NCBI GenBank assembly: GCA_040754655.1
Contig: JBFMCE010000076.1
Location: forward strand, 1 to 19,278
Direction: 5' to 3'
Length of the DNA stretch: 19,278 bases
Origin: Bdellovibrionota bacterium
GTDB lineage: Bacteria; Bdellovibrionota; UBA1018; UBA923
The notes beneath the pieces are model-generated. The model saw only the letters and a program-made list of their open reading frames with translations, was not told the origin of the DNA and did not search any database. Both the position numbers and the translations under genes were made by a program. Of the stretch, positions 7,846-15,404 are shown in pieces. Positions within the stretch are counted from its first letter, which is position 1. Every line of letters starts with the position of its first letter.

Positions 7846-9618
7846 TTGAATAATAAAGCGCGCGGTTTGGGTTTCGACCCAAGCATACGAGTATTTTTCC
7901 TTCTCGTAACGGTACTTTCATTTGTACCGGCAACTCATTCGTCGGGATCAGAGACAAGACCGCTCTCTTATTTCGCGAGACACCTTCGAGACTTGACTGC
8001 GATTCCAGCGAACTCAGAGCAGACTCATCCCCTCTACCTCGGCCTGACTCCGTTGGAGATGCAACTGGGAAAACCTTCGAAAAAAACCATTCAGCTCCCG
8101 CACGGCGCCACTGAACTTGCCCAAAGACAAGCCAAGTTCATTCGCGATGCACTAGCAGAAAACCAAACCGAGCTTGCATTGAAAACCATAGAGTTTGAGT
8201 TGTGGCCTAGTCGTAATGAACACGGCGTCTTGACTTGGGTTTTTGCACGGTGGCGTGAGAAGCGAGCAGATTCGTGGATCTGGTTAGAAGAAAAAAAACT
8301 CACTACCAAGATCGCAGATGCTCAACTAGACCCGCCTCCCATTTTACCTGAGCTTCTCGAACCCTGGATCGCGGAAGACCGAAACCGCATCTTTCAAGAT
8401 TTCCTTGAACGCAAAAGTCTTTACGAAAAACCCGAATTTTCAAATGGGATATGGATCGACGCTGCCTCGTCTAAGGTGCTGTCGGCATGGCCTGACCCAT
8501 CTGAAGCGAAGGCTTACCTCGAAGCCTCGGCATCGCCAAGTCGAATGCATTTTAGAACGCTTCCGCAACCGGCGCGAGCAGATCGCGATCCCTTTACTTT
8601 TCATCTTTCAGTGAGCCCCTTGAAATTCACTTGGAGTAGAGCCATCGCTGAAACACCTTTTCTCTCAAATTTCTCGGCGATGGAAAAAGAGCCCGCAGTC
8701 CAAAAATGGCCAGAGCAATTTGAAAACGATTATAAAGAAGATGTGACTGTCCTCTCTGGAGAAAAAGAGGCGACCTTTCCGCTGAGCAGACAAAGGGTGA
8801 GCTTTAAGCGCAAGAACAGCGCTAGCCCCAACCATCAACTTGAAAAGATGGTCGACTACCTTCAAGAGCGCTACAAAACATTAAAAATACCAACCCACAG
8901 GCATCGTTTCTACTGGCGAGGCATTCCCCAATCAAACCTGCTTGCAGTGATTGAAGGGAGTTTGCCTCTCGAAGAAAATCGGCCTGTTCTAATAGCGGAC
9001 CATATCGACACGGCATTTGCGGAGGATGCTTTCCAAACCTTTGGCGCGCGCGTTGCGGTTCCCGGAGCCGATGACAATGTCACCGCGGTGGCTGCGCTTT
9101 TAGCCGCGGCAAAGACGCTCAAGAACTCAAAACCTCGTCACGATATTTGGCTTTTGCATCTGACCGGGGAAGAGTTCCCGGCGGATTGCCTGGGGGCTCG
9201 AATGTTTGTCGAAAAGATGCTCAAGCACAAGCAACAAATCAGCGGTCTCGTGCTTCTTGATATGATCGGCTACAACAAGCCGGGAAACAGGCTCTTTCAA
9301 CTCAATCTCGGTAAGCCTCAAGGCTCTAGCTTCATTGGAAGAATCGCGCTTGATGCGGCAGAAGATCTAGGTATTTCGTATAATCCCGTCGTTCGACCTT
9401 ACGGTGACCCAAAAAACTACCTGTACAACACAGACGGCATCATCTTTTCAGACGCGGGTTATCCTGTCGTGCTTTTCAACGAACACCTGAACCTTCTTGA
9501 GAACCTTGACCGCCGTCATTACCACGAAACGACCGATACGATTGAACACATCGACTGGGATTACACGATCGCAATAGTGAAAACGGCCATTGAGACCGTA
9601 GCGAGGATTGCACAATGA
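7846..9618 (+). CDS. Exported M28-family metallo-aminopeptidase with long N-terminal extension
   Basis: ADHIDT, PGADDN, TGEEFP, LLDMIGY, YHETTDT co-catalytic Zn motifs. The ORF is open from 7774. TTG 7846 is preferred because GGGGGA precedes it and it places the signal peptide (RVFFLLVTVLSFVPATHS) near the N-terminus; start uncertain. Confidence 0.88.
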   Translation: MNNKARGLGFDPSIRVFFLLVTVLSFVPATHSSGSETRPLSYFARHLRDLTAIPANSEQTHPLYLGLTPLEMQLGKPSKKTIQLPHGATELAQRQAKFIRDALAENQTELALKTIEFELWPSRNEHGVLTWVFARWREKRADSWIWLEEKKLTTKIADAQLDPPPILPELLEPWIAEDRNRIFQDFLERKSLYEKPEFSNGIWIDAASSKVLSAWPDPSEAKAYLEASASPSRMHFRTLPQPARADRDPFTFHLSVSPLKFTWSRAIAETPFLSNFSAMEKEPAVQKWPEQFENDYKEDVTVLSGEKEATFPLSRQRVSFKRKNSASPNHQLEKMVDYLQERYKTLKIPTHRHRFYWRGIPQSNLLAVIEGSLPLEENRPVLIADHIDTAFAEDAFQTFGARVAVPGADDNVTAVAALLAAAKTLKNSKPRHDIWLLHLTGEEFPADCLGARMFVEKMLKHKQQISGLVLLDMIGYNKPGNRLFQLNLGKPQGSSFIGRIALDAAEDLGISYNPVVRPYGDPKNYLYNTDGIIFSDAGYPVVLFNEHLNLLENLDRRHYHETTDTIEHIDWDYTIAIVKTAIETVARIAQ

Positions 9619-10772
9619 CACGAATAAACCTGGCCCTTCTCTTTCTTTGCCTCTTGAGCTGCTCTGCGTTTGCACAAAACCCACGCTCTCGCGACCTCGG
9701 CATTATCATCGGAAAATTTCAACCTGGCCCTTGGAACGCGATCACCGATGTAGCTGGCGTAAAAGTAGGGCACACGACGTTGAGATATGGAAATAGAACG
9801 ACTCCCGACGGAAAGGGACCCGCGCGGACCGGCGTGACAGTGGTCTTGCCGGCCGAAGGGGATTTGTGGAACTCGAAAATTTTTGCGGGAAGCTTTGTTC
9901 TCAATGGCAACGGAGAAGCCATGGGCCTGATGTATTTGCAAGAGACCGAGGGGATCGAAACCCCAATCGCGTTGACCAACACTTTCAACATCGGAGTGGT
10001 GCAAAAAGCTCTCGTGCAGCGCATGCTCTCTCAACATCCGCAAATCGGACGCCAGGACGATACATCCACTCCAGTCGTTCTTGAATGTGACGATGGTGGG
10101 CTTAACGACATCCGGAACTTCTATGTGAAGGAACGACATGTTTGGGAAGCTCTTGACCGGGCCTCAAGCGGCCCAGTGGCGGAGGGGGCTGTCGGTGCGG
10201 GAACTGGCATGGTCTCTTATGGGTTTAAAGCAGGTATCGGCACCTCATCTCGCCTCGTGGAAATTGGAGGCAAGACCTACACGATTGGAGTCTTGGTGAA
10301 TGCCAACCATGGGACAAGAAATACCTTGCGGGTGCAAGGCATTCCGGTTGGGGAAATGATCACGGATCTCAAGCCAAAGTACCACCAAGAAGGTTCGATT
10401 GTCATTTTGTTGGCGACCGATGCACCACTGCTTCCCGGCCAACTGAATGACCTTTCAAAGCGGGTGATCCTGGGGCTCGCGAGAACAGGTGGAGTTGCTC
10501 ACCATGGCAGCGGAGACCTCGCTATCGCGTTTTCAACGGCCAACCGCATTCCGCACTACCCCGAAGATCCCGAGGTGAAGATTTCTTTCCTTTCGAACTA
10601 CAACCTCAATCCACTCTTTGAAGCTTCAGCCGATGCAACCGAGGAAGCGATCTTGAATTCTTTATTTGCGGCTGAGACCACCGTTGGACGTGACGGCAAT
10701 ACAGTATGGGCATTGCCCCAAGATCGATTGAAGGAAATCTTGGACCGCTATCGCCAAGCTCAAACAAAGTGA
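9615..10772 (+). CDS. dmpA: DmpA-like P1/S58 aminopeptidase (L-aminopeptidase/D-esterase family) with signal peptide
   Basis: NAITDVAGVKVGH, RTGVT, NGNGE, PVVLECDD, EGAVGAGTGM, G|SIVILLATDAPL autoprocessing site, GLARTG, GSGD. ATGA overlap with the M28 gene. Confidence 0.92.
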   Translation: MTRINLALLFLCLLSCSAFAQNPRSRDLGIIIGKFQPGPWNAITDVAGVKVGHTTLRYGNRTTPDGKGPARTGVTVVLPAEGDLWNSKIFAGSFVLNGNGEAMGLMYLQETEGIETPIALTNTFNIGVVQKALVQRMLSQHPQIGRQDDTSTPVVLECDDGGLNDIRNFYVKERHVWEALDRASSGPVAEGAVGAGTGMVSYGFKAGIGTSSRLVEIGGKTYTIGVLVNANHGTRNTLRVQGIPVGEMITDLKPKYHQEGSIVILLATDAPLLPGQLNDLSKRVILGLARTGGVAHHGSGDLAIAFSTANRIPHYPEDPEVKISFLSNYNLNPLFEASADATEEAILNSLFAAETTVGRDGNTVWALPQDRLKEILDRYRQAQTK

Positions 10773-10858
10773 GAGCTCGGAGGATTTGGTATGAGTCGTT
10801 GGCACGCGGGCAGATTTTGCCCTGTAGGCCTTTTGACGCCCAACCGATACGTTTATTG

Positions 10859-11392
10859 ATGAAACCTCGATTCTCTGGCGCTGAGATCAGCATTTTCTGT
10901 GTCGTGAGCCTGATCTTCTTAAACTCTGTTTTTCAGCTCTTCACCGACGGGCGCTTTTCGAACGAACCTGGCAGGTTGCCTATCGCGCTGGAAAAGCCAG
11001 ACTCTCGCACCCCAGCGCAGTCACAGCAGGCTCCCGCGGCGAACATCGACAATTTCGTTCCTTACGAAACCAAATGCACCTCGACGGGCGAGTTTTTTCA
11101 AACCAACGCCGCGAAAATTCGAATCGCAGGCTCGCTCTGCGGAGCCCCAATTGATAACAGGCAAGTTTCAAGCGCATCTGGCGCGAGCGAACCGGCCCCT
11201 GCTGGCTTCAGCGAAGCCAAGATCGAGAACAAAAGCACGAACTTCAATGCCACCGTTTTTCATGATCAGGTTGGAGGGAAGTTCTCAACCGACTTCATCC
11301 CGCTTGAGCAGGGTAAGAACAGGATTGAGTTGCTCTTCAAGTACAAGAACGGGAAGAAGTTTCCGTTTCAGCTCATCGTTGAACGCAAATAA
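10859..11392 (+). CDS. Hypothetical membrane-anchored/exported protein with C-terminal beta-rich (Ig-like) segment
   Basis: In-frame ATG 10859 within ORF 10706-11392; N-terminal TM (ISIFCVVSLIFLNSVFQLF), two further Cys, C-terminal FSTDFIPLEQGKNRIELLF. Confidence 0.7.
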   Translation: MKPRFSGAEISIFCVVSLIFLNSVFQLFTDGRFSNEPGRLPIALEKPDSRTPAQSQQAPAANIDNFVPYETKCTSTGEFFQTNAAKIRIAGSLCGAPIDNRQVSSASGASEPAPAGFSEAKIENKSTNFNATVFHDQVGGKFSTDFIPLEQGKNRIELLFKYKNGKKFPFQLIVERK

Positions 11393-11401
11393 CCTTGTGC
11401 C

Positions 11402-12337
11402 TTAAAAACTCGTGCCGAAACTCAGCCGAAAAAGGGTTTCATCCTTTGAGTGCTCTCTAAGGTAATTGGCGCGGTCTACTTGCGCACTCAACGGACCTAT
11501 GAGCTCTTTGTTGATGCCATAATTCACGGTCTCGCTCATCAGGCCATAACGCACTGAAGTCGAAGCTTTGGCAAAATCGAACTTTCTCGACAACGCCATG
11601 CTCAATCGCTCAGGCTCTTCAATGCTTCCGATCTGTTTCTGTCCAAGTCTAGTGCTGTAATCTACCGTGGCGTCGGCGATCGGACTCGTGAGTCCGAAAT
11701 TGAATTTGCGGCTTGGCAGATCATATCGAAACTTCGTCTTGGTGTGTTTGCCCCAGTTCATCGCGGTTCCTTTGATGGCCTTGTGAAACTCGGAAATGGT
11801 GACAACCGCCTGGGCCGCGGCTTGATCAGAGCCGTTGCTCTTGCTAGGCGGGCGTCTCGCAGTTTCTTTCGCGGTCTTTTCAAGGTTTTGCTTTAACGTG
11901 TGATCAAGATGGTATTGAAGCAACCTTCTTACTGTCCAATCCGCCAGCTCCTTGTTCCCATTTTGATTAGAAAGATATTCATAATATCCATTAAGCTGGT
12001 AAGGAGCCCGCTGTTCAAATTGTTGGTTGTAGTTTCGATAGCGGTCTTGCAACTCGCTTGTGATCGACTTGTCGAAGATCGCAGAGTTGTAAGAGGTGTT
12101 TGACTGCTGGGTCAGCGCTTTGATGTCGATGGTCTTGAGGTAGTCACCGTTGCGTTCTTCTGGTCTCAGCGGGGAAAGTGGTTGAGAATCAGCCGGGCCG
12201 GTGGCGCCAGCGACAGAGGTCGATCCACCCGCAACCAGTAGACGTGAGCGCGGAAATGACGACTCGGTGGCCTCAGAAGTTGAAACCATACAGAACGCCA
12301 TCAATGCTATTGCAACCCCTGCTTTGAGTTTGGTCAA
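11402..12337 (-). CDS. Exported hypothetical protein, probable outer-membrane beta-barrel C-terminal domain
   Basis: Start reassigned to TTG 12337, which has a GGAGG RBS, gives signal peptide MTKLKAGVAIALMAFCMVSTSEA and lies downstream of a sigma-54 promoter. The C-terminal ~115 aa show alternating amphipathic strands ending FRLSFGTSF (terminal Phe, beta-signal-like). Confidence 0.65.
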   Translation of the reverse strand: MTKLKAGVAIALMAFCMVSTSEATESSFPRSRLLVAGGSTSVAGATGPADSQPLSPLRPEERNGDYLKTIDIKALTQQSNTSYNSAIFDKSITSELQDRYRNYNQQFEQRAPYQLNGYYEYLSNQNGNKELADWTVRRLLQYHLDHTLKQNLEKTAKETARRPPSKSNGSDQAAAQAVVTISEFHKAIKGTAMNWGKHTKTKFRYDLPSRKFNFGLTSPIADATVDYSTRLGQKQIGSIEEPERLSMALSRKFDFAKASTSVRYGLMSETVNYGINKELIGPLSAQVDRANYLREHSKDETLFRLSFGTSF

Positions 12338-12367
12338 AATCCAAACCTCCTCTTCTCTAAGAAGAGA

Positions 12368-12383
12368 TGCAGACTCTGTACCA
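12368..12383 (-). promoter_or_regulatory. Sigma-54 promoter for the beta-barrel-like gene
   Basis: Minus strand TGGTACA-GAGT-CTGCA with correct GG-N10-GC spacing. IHF-like TTTCAG-CCGG-TTG at 12401-12413 and dyads at 12449-12465 and 12481-12497 lie upstream. Confidence 0.65.
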
Positions 12384-12566
12384 TGGTCTAAATACAATGA
12401 TTTCAGCCGGTTGAGTGTATTTTTGAGCTCAGCAGGGCCAGCTTGATCTGTCTAAGGGCTAAACGTTTGACCAAGTGTTTTGCGAAAAGTTTTCACGAGT
12501 TTGACTCGCACCTCCCACGACGCTCAAGACACGAACCTTTTACGCTAACTTATTGAAATCACATGA

Positions 12567-12595
12567 TTGACAATATTATCGAATTCCGATAATAT
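12567..12595 (+). promoter_or_regulatory. higBA sigma-70 promoter with overlapping palindromic operator
   Basis: TTGACA (12567-12572), 17 bp, TAATAT (12590-12595). The perfect inverted repeat ATATTATCG-AATTC-CGATAATAT (12573-12595) fills the spacer and -10. Confidence 0.8.
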
Positions 12596-12601
12596 GATTA
12601 C

Positions 12602-12892
12602 ATGATCCGGTCATTTGGTGATCGACTTTCTGAGGACTTGTTTAATGACCGGAACTCGAGCGCAACTAGGCGATTTCCATTGGAATTGAGGCGCATAGCT
12701 CAAAGAAAGCTCCAATATCTCAATTCTGCTGTACGATTACAGGATTTGGCCTCACCTCCTGGTAACCGACTTGAAGCGCTAAAAGGTGATCGGAAGGGAT
12801 TTCATTCGGTCCGAATCAATGACCAATGGCGAATCATTTTTCGTTGGGTTGTTGATGGAGCCTATGAAGTTCAAATTCTGGATTACCATTAG
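12602..12892 (+). CDS. higB: HigB toxin (RelE/ParE superfamily)
   Basis: MIRSFGD..., RKLQYLNSA..LQDLASPPGNRLEALKGDRKGFHSVRINDQWRIIFRW...DYH. Confidence 0.95.
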   Translation: MIRSFGDRLSEDLFNDRNSSATRRFPLELRRIAQRKLQYLNSAVRLQDLASPPGNRLEALKGDRKGFHSVRINDQWRIIFRWVVDGAYEVQILDYH

Positions 12893-12912
12893 AATTATAA
12901 GGAGCGCATTTT

Positions 12913-13182
12913 ATGAGACCTAAAAACCCAATTCACCCTGGCGAGATCTTGCTAGAAGAATTTCTTCGCCCTATGAGTCTTTCTCAACGTGCTTTTGCGA
13001 GCAGACTCAAGTGGACGCCGGCTAAACTTAATGAACTGATTGCTGGAAAGAGGGGAATCACTGCGGATTCTGCGCTTGATCTCGCTGCCAATCTAAAAAC
13101 GTCTCCAGAGTTATGGATGAACCTTCAAAATTATTGGGATTTAGAACAAGCTGAAAAAAAGAGGAAAACTCGGGCAGCATGA
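12913..13182 (+). CDS. higA: HigA antitoxin (XRE HTH)
   Basis: PIHPGEILLEEFL, GKRGITADSALDLA, SPELWMNLQ; RBS TAAGGAG; toxin-first gene order. Confidence 0.95.
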   Translation: MRPKNPIHPGEILLEEFLRPMSLSQRAFASRLKWTPAKLNELIAGKRGITADSALDLAANLKTSPELWMNLQNYWDLEQAEKKRKTRAA

Positions 13183-13246
13183 ATGCCACGAGTTTGACTG
13201 CGCCTCCCACACCTGGCGACACAAAAACAACGCGAACCAAGAAGCC

Positions 13247-14257
13247 TCATTCACCCACGCACAAAGCACGCGCACCAAAAACCTGTTCCCTGACATTAGA
13301 AAAATCGCCTGAGGGCGGTCGACGCAAGCCAAACTCAGATTCGATGCTAGGTGACTCCCTAAGAAAATGAGTTAAAAACGAAGATCGAGGTCGCTCAACT
13401 CCAGGCGACGGATTCACATTTTCAACCGAACTACAGATATCTAAAAAACCCTCTCCGCTCCAGTTAGCCATCGTACCCTCGCGAAATGCCTCTTCACTAT
13501 CATCTGTGATCGAACCCAACGTACGAACAGCGAACCGAGCCAGAGGACCATCGTCTAAGGCTTGCTGAGTCCAAGCATTCGAGTCGGCGACAGCCCGATC
13601 AGCTCTCTGGCCCTCGAGCCAACCTTTGGAAAAGCTCCAATAGAATAGCGGGGAAATACTGGTACCTCGATGGCCTACAACAACTTTTGCCCCCATATCA
13701 TGCCACGATGTCGCATCTTGAAAGTCGTCGCACCCCGCTGTATAGACGAGTCTTAACTTTCTCATGTGTTTTTGATCAAGCGAACCAAACATAAAATAAT
13801 AATCATTCGAGTGGTCAAAGACAAACACATCTACGACATCACTCCACTCGAAAACCTCGCCGACCTCGCTTTTCCACCTCAGCTTTCGAGCCTCTAATTG
13901 GTTGAAGAGACCTGCACCGTCATTAAGGTTGACACAGAGACCATCGATGCAACGCCTGCCTTTACGGGGACCTTCTTTCGTTTGGCTTATTTGAAATGGC
14001 GACATGTTTACAAGCTTTCCGGCTCCGTAGGCTTCAATCAGCCGTTTTCCTTCCATCACTTGAATCGGAGTACTCGCGGCATCAAACGCGTTTTCGCTCC
14101 ACTTTCCGAGATTTACCAGTACCAGCACACTCCTACGTAGAGATTTTTCACCGCAACTCTTTGCAACTGTTTCAGCTTGCGCAACGGAGTGTATCAATAG
14201 CAAGCCTTGAAAAAATAGGGCGCAACTGAGCACGCCTAAAAAACTGCTTCTCTTCAC
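13247..14257 (-). CDS. Exported hypothetical protein, possible clan CD (caspase/CHAT/gingipain-like) cysteine peptidase
   Basis: GTG start, signal peptide ending AQA; VDVFVFDH(149)S, LRLVYTAGC(176), GAKVVVG, FYWSF...GQRADRAV follow the order of caspase-hemoglobinase fold motifs. Confidence 0.6.
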   Translation of the reverse strand: MKRSSFLGVLSCALFFQGLLLIHSVAQAETVAKSCGEKSLRRSVLVLVNLGKWSENAFDAASTPIQVMEGKRLIEAYGAGKLVNMSPFQISQTKEGPRKGRRCIDGLCVNLNDGAGLFNQLEARKLRWKSEVGEVFEWSDVVDVFVFDHSNDYYFMFGSLDQKHMRKLRLVYTAGCDDFQDATSWHDMGAKVVVGHRGTSISPLFYWSFSKGWLEGQRADRAVADSNAWTQQALDDGPLARFAVRTLGSITDDSEEAFREGTMANWSGEGFLDICSSVENVNPSPGVERPRSSFLTHFLRESPSIESEFGLRRPPSGDFSNVREQVFGARALCVGE

Positions 14258-14319
14258 CTTGGTTATAGATGAGCAAATTCCATGCGCAGTGAAATCAGCT
14301 TAAATAAAGAGGGACCCTG

Positions 14320-14336
14320 TGTAAAAAACTTTTACA
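14320..14336. promoter_or_regulatory. Perfect 7-3-7 dyad upstream of the 13247-14257 gene (enhancer-like site)
   Basis: TGTAAAA-AAC-TTTTACA. Confidence 0.5.
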
Positions 14337-14348
14337 GTTCATGGGGAT

Positions 14349-15056
14349 TTAAACAAAATGAACGGCGATAAAGCCCAGCCAGAGGATAAAGCCGCTCACC
14401 ACTGGAATGGTGAAATTGTCGTCGATATCCAGAGGAAGCAGCTCAGCAAGCGCGCCGGCAAAGCCACCGAGAAGGGTGAGACGAATCAGGTCAAGGCCAT
14501 GCATCCCGGTTGAGCGCAAATACAGCCAGGTCACGATCGCGCAAACACAATAACCTGCCGCGGTTCCATGCAGCGATTTGCTTCCGTTGAAAATTTTGAC
14601 AGAACGGTTTGAAAAAAGAATCCCAAACAATGAGGCCAAAGGATCGCCTAAAGCAAGATAGAACAGAGAAAGAATCGCGACGGGCTTCGGAAAAATACCC
14701 ACAGCCACGATGCTGGAAGCAATGTAATAAGGCACTCCACTCACACGGTGAACCTCGTTTGAGCGGATGATCACGCTAAAAAAACGAATGCACTTTTCAT
14801 TGATAAGAGGGTTCTTTAAACGCCACACTTCCATCGCAACGGTCCAGAAGAAGAATGGGATCAAGAAAGAAAGTATGGTCGCTTGCGAAACCCCGCTCAT
14901 ATAGACCGAGATAATCGCCAAACCAGTCATCATGTGCCAAATTTTTCGAAATAAGTGCAATTCGGTGCGAATAGGCAGGATCCTCGCTAGCTGATTTATT
15001 TTCAGCTGCGTGGACTTGATCGTTTGGCTTACTACATTCTCATTAGGAACTTGCAT
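14349..15056 (-). CDS. CTP-dependent diacylglycerol/polyprenol (phytol/dolichol) kinase family membrane protein
   Basis: HLFRKIWH, LALGDPLASLFG, KSLHGT, DDNFTIP motifs and multiple TM helices. ATG 15056 has an AAGGGG RBS. Confidence 0.88.
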   Translation of the reverse strand: MQVPNENVVSQTIKSTQLKINQLARILPIRTELHLFRKIWHMMTGLAIISVYMSGVSQATILSFLIPFFFWTVAMEVWRLKNPLINEKCIRFFSVIIRSNEVHRVSGVPYYIASSIVAVGIFPKPVAILSLFYLALGDPLASLFGILFSNRSVKIFNGSKSLHGTAAGYCVCAIVTWLYLRSTGMHGLDLIRLTLLGGFAGALAELLPLDIDDNFTIPVVSGFILWLGFIAVHFV

Positions 15057-15130
15057 TCCGAATAACCCCTTATCAGAGCCCAAAGCTTAGCTGCAATAAA
15101 ACACTGGTGACGGTAAACTATCAGTAGGTC

Positions 15131-15146
15131 AGCAAGGGATATGCCA
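15131..15146 (-). promoter_or_regulatory. Sigma-54 promoter for the lipid kinase gene
   Basis: Minus strand TGGCATA-TCCC-TTGCT, about 75 nt upstream of ATG 15056. Confidence 0.75.
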
Positions 15147-15327
15147 CTGACAATATGCGGCAAGGCAGATTTTGATATCCCATTGAAATCCTGACACAAT
15201 CCCTAAAGCCACCCGGTAATTCCTTAACTTTCCTGACAAAATCAACCCCCTGATTCGCGAAGTCTAATACTCGAATGCGTTAAAAGTGCGTAAAGCACTT
15301 CGCACCTTCTTTCTTGAGGAACAAAGT

Positions 15328-15357
15328 TTGACAGAGATCACTTGCGACCCGCATAAT
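15328..15357 (+). promoter_or_regulatory. Sigma-70 promoter for the ATPase operon
   Basis: TTGACA, 18 bp, CATAAT; GAGG RBS before ATG 15405. Confidence 0.65.
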
Positions 15358-15404
15358 TCTAAAAGGAATGCCGTTTCGAATCCACGGAGGGCTTTGAGGC
15401 AATC

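Noticed and set aside
6002..10772. RiPP/bacteriocin cluster (C39 + methyltransferase + peptidases)
   Set aside because: No double-glycine precursor, ABC exporter or modifying enzyme is visible. The C39 is stand-alone with a Sec-type signal and is convergent with the methyltransferase.
10800..10820. TGGCACG as a sigma-54 promoter before the 10859 gene
   Set aside because: The -24 element is perfect, but TTGC lies 5 bp too far downstream, and the GG-N10-GC spacing is strict.
12540..14340. Defined mobile element or prophage around higBA
   Set aside because: No integrase, intact transposase, tRNA or terminal/direct repeats were found by eye.
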